Origin: a virus
Taxonomy: Duplodnaviria > Caudoviricetes
Reading direction: 5' to 3' (one strand)
Length of the DNA: 64,000 bases
IMG/VR virus record: IMGVR_UViG_3300028048_003120
Location: 1,121-65,120 of that record
Shown here: positions 45,718 to 53,288 of the stretch, in pieces
How the letters are laid out: each line of letters opens with the position of its first letter
How positions within the stretch are numbered: position 1 is the stretch's first letter
Position numbers and translations under genes: made by a program
The notes under the pieces: generated by a model
Seen by the model: the letters and a program-made list of their open reading frames with translations, nothing else
The model's database searches: none
What the model was told of the DNA's origin: nothing

Positions 45718-45781
45718 CTTTAACCAATACCCGCAAACTGCGGGCCAAATGTCACGAAGTCAAGTTGAGGTCAAGTTCAAG

Positions 45782-46174
45782 TCAAGGAGTTTTTATTGAC
45801 CTTCCATCGTGTTTTGCTTTCACGGACTCATACATTTTATCGAAAGCCTTTCTTTCATCATCAGCCCCAGTATAGATAAACCAATAGGGAATTGGCATTC
45901 TCGAAGAAATCTCTCTCTTGTATAGTTCAGGGTCTTTCAATTCAAGAATACTATCTGTAATCTTAGAATCGAAAATAAGAATTTTCATGCTTCCTTTTAT
46001 ACCAGGACCACTCGGTTTCCATACTCCGCTTTTCTCCATATACTCAAAGAAGTCATGCATGCAATCTGGTGATGAGGATACAAGCTTCTGCAATTTGGAG
46101 AAATTACTTGATGTTCCACTATAAGCAAACACAATAATCAAGACAATTACTGCAATAATAATAACCCAAGTCAT
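45782..46174 (-). CDS. AT-rich membrane-anchored accessory protein, co-oriented with the repressor
   Basis: 130 aa with N-terminal TM (WVIIIAVIVLIIVFAY); visibly much more AT-rich than its flanks. Confidence 0.75.
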   Translation of the reverse strand: MTWVIIIAVIVLIIVFAYSGTSSNFSKLQKLVSSSPDCMHDFFEYMEKSGVWKPSGPGIKGSMKILIFDSKITDSILELKDPELYKREISSRMPIPYWFIYTGADDERKAFDKMYESVKAKHDGRSIKTP

Positions 46175-46207
46175 AATACTATCGTTTATAAATTATAAAA
46201 TTCGGCT

Positions 46208-46543
46208 TCATGCAATACGAGCAGCGGCCTCCCCTTTTTCAGCCGTGAGCCGATCCACGACGGTACTCAGTCGCTCAATAGTCCGTTGCTGGCTTTCAAT
46301 CAAAGCGTCTCTCGTTTCTGCCACTTGAATCTTCGACAACTCGACGGTTTTGACATCATCATCGAAGAAACAGTCGATACGCAAATTTAAGAGCCGGGCT
46401 ATCTGCTCCAGGTCCCCGGCTTGAATCCTGTTGTTGTTGATGCAGCGATGCAGGTTCGCCTCGCTCATGCCAATATCCGTTGCGAGTTTCTTCAAACCGC
46501 CCGGCCTTGAATCGCTCATTTTGCGAATAATTCCCAAGTCCAT
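46208..46543 (-). CDS. XRE-family HTH repressor (CI-like)
   Basis: LKKLATDIGMSEANLHRCINNNRIQAGDLEQIARLL HTH plus C-terminal coiled coil; divergent from the early operon. Confidence 0.85.
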   Translation of the reverse strand: MDLGIIRKMSDSRPGGLKKLATDIGMSEANLHRCINNNRIQAGDLEQIARLLNLRIDCFFDDDVKTVELSKIQVAETRDALIESQQRTIERLSTVVDRLTAEKGEAAARIA

Positions 46544-46661
46544 GATTACTAACTTGTTAAAATGTATGACTAAAAAATATCAAAGTTTTCTGCTAAAAAA
46601 TTTGCAAGTGGCTTAAAAAAAGTATAGCTTTGCAGTTGAAAGTTAGTAATAAGTTTTGAAA
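46544..46661. promoter_or_regulatory. Lysis-lysogeny switch region with rightward promoter
   Basis: TTTG(46601)-N20-TAGCTTTG(46625..46632); CTAAAAAAT direct repeats; 11-bp inverted repeat ATTACTAACTT/AAGTTAGTAAT at the two ends. Confidence 0.8.
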
Positions 46662-46850
46662 ATGGCAAAGGGGAAATCAATTCGTGAGGAGCTTTGGGAG
46701 TTGGAGATTGGCATCTGCGCCGTGCTTCCGCTCGATCGGCTCACTTCAATCAAATCCGCCTGCTCAACCTACGGACTGATGTGGGGACGGCGATTCAGAA
46801 CCGCCACGGATAGGGACACGAGGACTGTAACGGTAACAAGGACCGCATAA
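46662..46850 (+). CDS. Cro-like small DNA-binding protein
   Basis: First early gene opposite the repressor; 62 aa, basic. Confidence 0.6.
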   Translation: MAKGKSIREELWELEIGICAVLPLDRLTSIKSACSTYGLMWGRRFRTATDRDTRTVTVTRTA

Positions 46851-46853
46851 CGC

Positions 46854-46923
46854 AACCGGGAGGGGCGAGGAAACTCTTTTCATCATCAAATTTTGCCTAC
46901 GACCGAACCTCTCCCGGTTTTTT
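46854..46923 (+). terminator. Long-loop terminator after the cro-like gene
   Basis: AACCGGGAGGGG-N42-CCTCTCCCGGTT stem (one G.U pair) followed by TTTT. Confidence 0.6.
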
Positions 46924-46936
46924 AATACTCAAAACC

Positions 46937-47335
46937 ATGAGACCAATCATTTTCAGAGCCATCACAATTTCCGAGGGGAAGTGGGTTTATGGCTACTTTA
47001 CCCTCGAAGACAACATGGAGGGCGATGTAAATGCGTTCATCACTACGCTTGAACACGAAATCCACTCCGTCCTGCCCGATTCGGTGGGCCAATTCACGGG
47101 ACTGACCGACAAGAACGGCAACGACATCTACGAAGGAGACATCCTCCACTTCTGCGGCCAGCGCCCCGACAACCGGGGACGGCACTACTACCGCGAGGTA
47201 ATCTACGAGAACGGCGGCTTCCGCTTCCAGCTGGAGGACGGAACGCCCGGCGCTCCGCTGCGCGACATCGTGGCGGGCAACTGGGACATCGCCGGAAACG
47301 CTTGGGACAATCAAGAACTTCTCGAACAACGCTGA
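46937..47335 (+). CDS. YopX-family protein
   Basis: MRPIIFRA...GKWVYGY...SVGQFTGLTDKNGNDIYEGDIL...IAGNAWDNQELL. Confidence 0.9.
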   Translation: MRPIIFRAITISEGKWVYGYFTLEDNMEGDVNAFITTLEHEIHSVLPDSVGQFTGLTDKNGNDIYEGDILHFCGQRPDNRGRHYYREVIYENGGFRFQLEDGTPGAPLRDIVAGNWDIAGNAWDNQELLEQR

Positions 47336-47336
47336 C

Positions 47337-47633
47337 ATGGAAGAACTACTGCTGAAACTGTCGGGCCAGCTCTCACGCGCCCTCGAAGAAATCGACAAAC
47401 TGAAAGAGCGCGTCCGCGACCTTGAAGGCCGCGTCCCGAAGCGCGAAACCTACACGCAGACCGAGGTCGCGGAACTGACGGGCTGGTCCACATCGGCAGT
47501 CAACAACTGGGTCAAGGACCGAACCATCGTCACAATCTCCGGCACGGGCCGCAACCTGATGATTCCGGCCAGCGAGGTGGACCGCATCTTCGCGCTGAAA
47601 GGGAAGGGACCCAGGTACAAGCAGGCATCTTAA
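47337..47633 (+). CDS. Excisionase-like HTH protein
   Basis: N-terminal coiled coil plus YTQTEVAELTGWSTSAVNNWV...GRNLMIPASEVDRI (MerR/Xis-type wHTH). Confidence 0.75.
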   Translation: MEELLLKLSGQLSRALEEIDKLKERVRDLEGRVPKRETYTQTEVAELTGWSTSAVNNWVKDRTIVTISGTGRNLMIPASEVDRIFALKGKGPRYKQAS

Positions 47634-47654
47634 CCTATCACAACATTTACCATC

Positions 47655-48164
47655 ATGGACTTTACACCCGAACAAATCGAGCAACTTGCCCCGACCCGCT
47701 CCGCCTGGATCGTCATAACCAAGACGGGACACACGGCGGTATGGGAGTACGGCGGCAGCAAGGGGCAGACCGGGCATTGTCAGGTCGTGGCCGGGAAAGA
47801 CGGACGCGACATGACCCCCATCTTCGTCACGAAGAACTGCCTGCCCAACGCGCAGCAGGCACTGTTCCCGCTGCGCAAGGGCTACTACCTGATCCGCTCC
47901 TTCCGTCGGCATAACGGCGAGAAGGAACATGTCAAGACCTACATCTACCGCGTCGTGGAAATCCACGCCGAGAAGGAAAGACCCGATGCCGACATCAAGC
48001 AGGCCGGATTCTGCATGGACGGCCAATGGGACGAGGCCGGCGAAAAGCTGATCCGTCAGTTCCCACGGCTGAACGAGGCCGTGAACGTAGCGCAGAACAA
48101 GGTCCGGGAATACCAATGCACCCGGCCCATGTACGCCAAACCCGTCAAGGAGGACAAGCGATGA
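47655..48164 (+). CDS. Hypothetical protein (169 aa)
   Basis: ORF with phage-like codon usage in the early operon. Confidence 0.7.
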   Translation: MDFTPEQIEQLAPTRSAWIVITKTGHTAVWEYGGSKGQTGHCQVVAGKDGRDMTPIFVTKNCLPNAQQALFPLRKGYYLIRSFRRHNGEKEHVKTYIYRVVEIHAEKERPDADIKQAGFCMDGQWDEAGEKLIRQFPRLNEAVNVAQNKVREYQCTRPMYAKPVKEDKR

Positions 48165-48352
48165 AGATATTTGGCTGCATCGCCGCCTTCTTCGCGGCAT
48201 TCTGCGTAGGAGCCGCAATAGCTGGAGCCACGCACCAACTGTTCCTCGCGGGTATCTACGCGATTCTCTCCTCAATCTGCTTCTGGGCAGACCGCAACGA
48301 CAAGAAATACGACAACGACCAGCGCCGGAGGAGGGCCATGCACTATGAATAA
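48161..48352 (+). CDS. Small membrane protein (63 aa)
   Basis: Start MKIFGCIAAFF (ATGA overlap with the upstream stop); two TM helices. Confidence 0.65.
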   Translation: MKIFGCIAAFFAAFCVGAAIAGATHQLFLAGIYAILSSICFWADRNDKKYDNDQRRRRAMHYE

Positions 48353-49319
48353 GCCCGACAAACTCCCCTTCGTCTCCTTCGACATGCCGAACAACGACTA
48401 CCACCGTGGCGAATGGCAGAAGGAGTTCATCAGTTCAACGCAGCTCAAGCGCTACCTCGTCAGCCCGAAATACTTCCAGTATGTCCGGGAGAATCCCGAT
48501 GCGGACAGCGTATCACTGGAAGCCTCCATGCAGGGCAGCGTCTATCATTCCATGCTGGCCAGCCTTGTCAACAAGGGAAACCTCGACGAGGAATTCCTGA
48601 AAGAGTATTTCGTATTTGAACCGCCGGTGAATCCCAAGACCGGCAAGCCCTACGGCATCGACACCAACGCCTACCGCGAGGTGTACCAGCAGGCCCTGCT
48701 CGACAACCCGGGCAAGGAGGCAACCTCGCAGGCCGAGGTCGAGACCGCACGGAAGATGATCAATTGCCTGCTCAACGCCTGCGGTCGCACATCTGATGCC
48801 GTGAAGCAGCTTATCGAGTGGGGCCAGGCCGAGACCTCGTTCTTCTGCGAGTACAAGGGCTGGAAGTTCAAGGTCCGCACCGACCTGCAGACGCAGAACA
48901 AGATCGTGGACTGGAAGACCATCTCCGCGCCGGACCTGCACCAAAGCACCGTCGTGCGGCAGATAAACAAGCTCCACTACGGCATCAGCGCCGCTTTCTA
49001 TCAGTTCTTCCTGCACGAGATCACCGGGCAGTGGAAGGAGTTCTACTGGGTGTTCCAGCAGAAGGAAGCGCCCTACGATGCCGTGCTGGTCAGCGCCAGC
49101 GATGTCGCATATTCCTACAACGAAGAACAGGAGTACCTGCGTAGAGGCCCGGCTGCATGTCAGTTCGAGGCGCTGCTGCGCCAGCATCTCCGCTGCCACG
49201 ACACGGGATACTTCCCCGGAGCCGAGGTATTCCTGCTCCCGTCATTCTCCGGCCAGCGCATCATGTACGCCCACCCGGACAAGTACGCCGAACTTGATAC
49301 AACCTTCTTCGATGATTAA
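48345..49319 (+). CDS. RecE/exonuclease VIII-like PD-(D/E)XK nuclease
   Basis: NNDYH...ISSTQLK, GSVYH, KVRTDL...IVDWKT and YGISAAFYQ motifs; upstream of recT. Confidence 0.85.
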   Translation: MNKPDKLPFVSFDMPNNDYHRGEWQKEFISSTQLKRYLVSPKYFQYVRENPDADSVSLEASMQGSVYHSMLASLVNKGNLDEEFLKEYFVFEPPVNPKTGKPYGIDTNAYREVYQQALLDNPGKEATSQAEVETARKMINCLLNACGRTSDAVKQLIEWGQAETSFFCEYKGWKFKVRTDLQTQNKIVDWKTISAPDLHQSTVVRQINKLHYGISAAFYQFFLHEITGQWKEFYWVFQQKEAPYDAVLVSASDVAYSYNEEQEYLRRGPAACQFEALLRQHLRCHDTGYFPGAEVFLLPSFSGQRIMYAHPDKYAELDTTFFDD

Positions 49320-49342
49320 CAACCCAACAATTTTTCTTTACC

Positions 49343-50278
49343 ATGAGTAACAATCAGCCGCAGGAAAAGCCGCAAGAGCAGCAGGCCCCTGCACAACAAA
49401 CCGACAACGCCCCCGATGGAAAACTCCAGCCGGCAGAACAGCCCGCGAAGAACGCGACCGCCAAGACCGGGAAGACGAACCTCCCCGCGAAACTTATCCC
49501 TCTCAAGGAAGCTCTCCTCGCTCCGAAGAAAGCCTTCATTGCCGCAGGAGGAACCGAAGTGGAGTTCAACCGTGAGCTTAACTTCGCTGCACAGATATTG
49601 GAGAGTAACGACTATCTCCGCAGCGTGGCCATGCAGAACCCCGAATCCCTGATCACGGCCATCAAGAATGTCGGCCTCACGAAACTGTCCCTCAACCCCG
49701 AACTGAAACTCGGATACCTCGTGCCCCGAAAGAACAAGGGCGTGAACGCCGTGTACTTCACATCGTCGTACATGGGCAAGCGCGAGATTCTGATGCGCTC
49801 CGGCTGCGTCCGCTGGATTGAAGCCAACCTCGTGTATGCAGGCGACGAGTTCGAGGTCATGAAGGGCACGACGACCTACATCAACCACAAGCCGGACCCG
49901 TGGGGAGACCGCTCGCAGGAGAACATCAAGGGAGGCTATTGGATGGCCATCCTCAACAACGGTGAGAAGGTGTTCGACACCATGCCGATGCAGCGCATCC
50001 TCGAAGTGAAGGCCCGCTCCGAATCCGTCAAGGCCGGAAAGGGAAGCCCGTGGGACACGGACTTCGTGGAAATGGCCCGCAAGACCATCCTCAATGCAGC
50101 GTACAGCCAGCTGCCGAAGACGGACATCTCCGATGCCGTGCTGCGCGTCATGGAGGTCGAGAGTACCTACGACGACGAGGAGTTCGACGACTGGAAGAAG
50201 CAGCAGGAGGAATCGAAGGACCGCTTCCAGCAGGACGGAAAACCCACGTTCACGGATTACGAGGAGGTCAAGCAATGA
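49343..50278 (+). CDS. recT: RecT-family single-strand annealing protein
   Basis: SLITAIKNVGLTKLSLNPELKLGYLVP, SYMGKREIL and SPWDTDFVEMARKTIL motifs. Confidence 0.88.
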   Translation: MSNNQPQEKPQEQQAPAQQTDNAPDGKLQPAEQPAKNATAKTGKTNLPAKLIPLKEALLAPKKAFIAAGGTEVEFNRELNFAAQILESNDYLRSVAMQNPESLITAIKNVGLTKLSLNPELKLGYLVPRKNKGVNAVYFTSSYMGKREILMRSGCVRWIEANLVYAGDEFEVMKGTTTYINHKPDPWGDRSQENIKGGYWMAILNNGEKVFDTMPMQRILEVKARSESVKAGKGSPWDTDFVEMARKTILNAAYSQLPKTDISDAVLRVMEVESTYDDEEFDDWKKQQEESKDRFQQDGKPTFTDYEEVKQ

Positions 50279-50282
50279 GGCG

Positions 50283-50444
50283 ATGCACTCGATTGACCTG
50301 TCGGATTCCGATTACGACACTTTCATGAAATGGATAGGCCAGCGCTGCTCCGTTCCTCGTCCAAGCAGTAGAAAGGCGCAAGAGCTGGAGCGGCGGGCCT
50401 ATCTCGTATTGAAGAAAATCAACAAGCGATATGGCACTAAATAA
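50283..50444 (+). CDS. Hypothetical protein (53 aa)
   Basis: MHSIDLSDSDYDTFMKW...; fills the gap between recT and ssb. Confidence 0.55.
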   Translation: MHSIDLSDSDYDTFMKWIGQRCSVPRPSSRKAQELERRAYLVLKKINKRYGTK

Positions 50445-50961
50445 GGCAATGCTAATCGGGAATGTCGGCCAGGACCCCGACATCCGACACCTTGAAAACG
50501 GCACGACCCTCGCCCAGTTCTCCCTCGCCACCAGCGAGAGGTTCAAGGACCGGGACGGAAACGCCCACGAGCAGACCGAGTGGCACAACATCGTCGCGTG
50601 GCGCAACCTCGCCGACATCGTCGGGAACTACGTGAAGAAGGGAACCCCGCTCTATGTCGAGGGGAAGATCAGGACGCGCTCCTACGATACGCAGGACGGG
50701 CAGAAACGCTATGTAACGGAGATTGTGGCAGAGACTATCCAACTCCTCGGAAAACGCGAAGGAGGCGGCGAAAGGCCCCTTCCTCCCGAACCGCCGGAGC
50801 CGGAGCGCCCGGCCCAGCAGCCGCGACAGTCAATCACGGAAGCGGCGGCGCACGTCGCCGCCATGCAGCAGAAAGGACGCGGCCAGCAGCCTGCACCCAC
50901 GACACCACTCATCCAGCCGCAGGACATCGCCGACGACGGAGCCGACGACCTGCCGTTCTAA
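50431..50961 (+). CDS. ssb: Single-stranded DNA-binding protein
   Basis: LNKAMLIGNVGQDP...TEWHNIVAW...VEGKIRTRSY and the acidic DDLPF tail. Confidence 0.97.
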   Translation: MALNKAMLIGNVGQDPDIRHLENGTTLAQFSLATSERFKDRDGNAHEQTEWHNIVAWRNLADIVGNYVKKGTPLYVEGKIRTRSYDTQDGQKRYVTEIVAETIQLLGKREGGGERPLPPEPPEPERPAQQPRQSITEAAAHVAAMQQKGRGQQPAPTTPLIQPQDIADDGADDLPF

Positions 50962-50973
50962 CACCAGCGATAG

Positions 50974-51384
50974 ATGAAATTCCCCATAGCCATCGAGGAC
51001 GGGGCTTGCGACCTGACCGCGTTTCTCGCCCATATCAAAAGCCTGCACGGGAACTATACGATTTCCGTTGAACGGGACGGTACGACGCGCACAAACCAGC
51101 AGAATCGCTGGTTATGGGGGTGCATCTATCCGCTGATGCTGAAAGGTCTGATTGACCTCGGCTGGGAGTTTACCAACACGCAGATGGTGCATGACTTCTG
51201 CGCCAGGTTCCGAGACGACGAGGTCTTGAACCACAATACGGGCGAGGTGCTGCACCTTCCGGCCTCAACACGCGACATGGACACCGTGGAGATGGCCGCG
51301 TACTGCGAGACGCTGCGCGACTTCGCCCGTGAATACATCAACATCGAAATCCCGGACCCGGACCCCGAATACTATGGCAAGTAA
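50974..51384 (+). CDS. NinB-like protein
   Basis: RTNQQNRWLWG...STRDMDTVEMAAYCETL...IEIPDP pattern. Confidence 0.65.
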   Translation: MKFPIAIEDGACDLTAFLAHIKSLHGNYTISVERDGTTRTNQQNRWLWGCIYPLMLKGLIDLGWEFTNTQMVHDFCARFRDDEVLNHNTGEVLHLPASTRDMDTVEMAAYCETLRDFAREYINIEIPDPDPEYYGK

Positions 51385-52117
51385 AGGCAAGCGCTGGATA
51401 AAACTGTACCCGGAACTTCTTTCGTGGGAGTGGGCCGACAAGCCCGGAATGTTGGAGTTGTGGGTCCGTCTCCTGCTGATGGCAGACCGCGACGGCGTGG
51501 TCATTACGACGGAAAGTGAACTCGCCCGCCAATGCCGCGTGAGCCGCCAGCAGATGCGTACAATGCTCATCAACCAAGAATCAACCAAGAACATAACCAA
51601 GACTTCAACCAGGGGAGCAACCAAGAACGCAACCAAGATAACTATTTGTAATTGGGCGCTTTACCAGCAATCGCCAACAAGAGAGCAACCAAGAGAGCAA
51701 CCAACTGAACAACCAAGAGAGCAACCAATAATCAACCAAGAGGTCGCTTCTATACCTATTTCCTCTCCTTCGGAGAGTAAACATAATATAGAGAATATAG
51801 AGAAAGAAACTCCCTCTATCGAGGGAGTAAAGAAAGACGGCGATGAATCGCCGCTTTCCAAACGCCAAAAGAAATTTTATGACGAATTGGTTCCGTTTCT
51901 CGACACCCACGGAGGCCCGTACCCGAAGGAGATGATCCGGGCGTTCTACAACTATTGGAGTGAGCCGAACAGAAGCAAGACCAAGATGCGCTGCGAGCTG
52001 CAGCAGACATGGGAACTTCCCCGAAGGCTTGAAACCTGGGCCTCGAAGGAACCGATGAAAAAGAACAATCAACAATCACAATCAGTCAACGAAGAATGGG
52101 ACGAACAAAAGATATAG
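51374..52117 (+). CDS. Replication initiator protein
   Basis: Start MASKGKRWIKLY; N-terminal wHTH (WVRLLLMAD...TTESELARQC), internal iterons and C-terminal FYNYWSE...WELPRRLETW. Confidence 0.82.
   Translation: MASKGKRWIKLYPELLSWEWADKPGMLELWVRLLLMADRDGVVITTESELARQCRVSRQQMRTMLINQESTKNITKTSTRGATKNATKITICNWALYQQSPTREQPREQPTEQPREQPIINQEVASIPISSPSESKHNIENIEKETPSIEGVKKDGDESPLSKRQKKFYDELVPFLDTHGGPYPKEMIRAFYNYWSEPNRSKTKMRCELQQTWELPRRLETWASKEPMKKNNQQSQSVNEEWDEQKI
51571..51741 (+). repeat. Iteron array / probable replication origin
   Basis: About ten (C/T)AACCAA(G) copies at roughly 12-bp spacing in two clusters separated by an AT-rich spacer, inside the initiator gene. Confidence 0.75.
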
Positions 52118-52812
52118 AGGGCTGCATCAAGCAGTGGGGCGTTCAGAAGGCCGGAATCACCCGCATTCCCGTGACGAATGAGGAGGTCGAGGACTGCATG
52201 GCCCTTATCGCCGAGATTGGCCGCAGGTATTGCGAGAACTTCATAATCGACGACAACAACCGTTTCGTGTTCGAGCAGATTATCCGCTGGATGCTCGCCG
52301 ACCCGAATGCGCAAGCCCACGACACCGAGGGTAACATCATCCCGGCAGGACTGTCGAAGGGCCTCTACATCGCAGGGCGCACTGGCACCGGCAAGACGCT
52401 CCTGCTGGCCGTGTTCTCGGTCTTTGCCAAACTGCTGGGTATCGAGTATTGGTCCTACGGAAAGAAACTCCCGCTCGACTTCAACTTCTACCGCGCCGAC
52501 CTGATCTGCGACGATTACGCGAAGGAGGGCGACCTGCAAAAGTTCAAGCAGATGCCGATTCTCTGCATCGAGGACCTCGGATGCGAGGAGCCGGAGACAC
52601 TGTTCATGGGCAACCGCAAGAACGTGCTGCGGTCCATCCTCGAAGCCAGGGGCGACAAGCGGAGCCTTCTCACTTTCGCCACCAGCAACATCCGCATCGA
52701 CCGTCTCGGGAAGAACAAGGAAGGCCGGGAACTGTACGGCGACCGCGTCCAGTCGCGGGCCTTTGAAATGTGGAACTACTACATCCTTGGCGGCAAGGAT
52801 CGGAGGAAATGA
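52096..52812 (+). CDS. DnaC/IstB-like P-loop ATPase (helicase loader)
   Basis: GLYIAGRTGTGKT, LCIEDLG, TFATSN and YGDRVQSR motifs. Confidence 0.85.
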   Translation: MGRTKDIEGCIKQWGVQKAGITRIPVTNEEVEDCMALIAEIGRRYCENFIIDDNNRFVFEQIIRWMLADPNAQAHDTEGNIIPAGLSKGLYIAGRTGTGKTLLLAVFSVFAKLLGIEYWSYGKKLPLDFNFYRADLICDDYAKEGDLQKFKQMPILCIEDLGCEEPETLFMGNRKNVLRSILEARGDKRSLLTFATSNIRIDRLGKNKEGRELYGDRVQSRAFEMWNYYILGGKDRRK

Positions 52813-53024
52813 CTATGGCGAAGGTAACGAGACTTCCGGCTGGTGCGAAGGAGATGGGAGGAAAGGTGTACGACACCGTTTCCCCGTGCAGCAAGTGCGG
52901 GCACTTCAAGCCGAACCATCCCGACTGCCTCGGCCATTGCGCTTACCGCATGGAGGGATTCGACCCGGAGCAGGTTATCATCTGCGGGGATAAATGGACC
53001 AACATTCAAAAACGGAGGAATTAA
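52809..53024 (+). CDS. Small Cys-rich protein (71 aa)
   Basis: CSKC...C...C...C; start overlaps the upstream stop. Confidence 0.6.
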   Translation: MTMAKVTRLPAGAKEMGGKVYDTVSPCSKCGHFKPNHPDCLGHCAYRMEGFDPEQVIICGDKWTNIQKRRN

Positions 53025-53026
53025 TC

Positions 53027-53230
53027 ATGCTGAACCGCAACCAGCGTATTATCGTCGAGGCCATAAAGAAGGCTCCGGCAATCGAAATCAGACTTATTGA
53101 CAGGGGGGGGTCCGACCACTATATCCGCGTCAGCCGCGAGAAAGGATTCTCCCACGACATCGCTATGGCGGTGCAGAAATACTTCAACGAAAACGCGCAT
53201 GAGAGGGAGGCCAAGCCTTCATTCGTCTAA
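53027..53230 (+). CDS. Hypothetical protein (67 aa) containing an in-frame G8 tract
   Basis: MLNRNQRIIVEAIKK...; G8 at 53103..53110. Confidence 0.6.
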   Translation: MLNRNQRIIVEAIKKAPAIEIRLIDRGGSDHYIRVSREKGFSHDIAMAVQKYFNENAHEREAKPSFV

Positions 53231-53288
53231 CTCTCAAAACAAAAATGGTTAATGAATTTTATAGTAAATCTCAAGGACAGCCTTCCCC

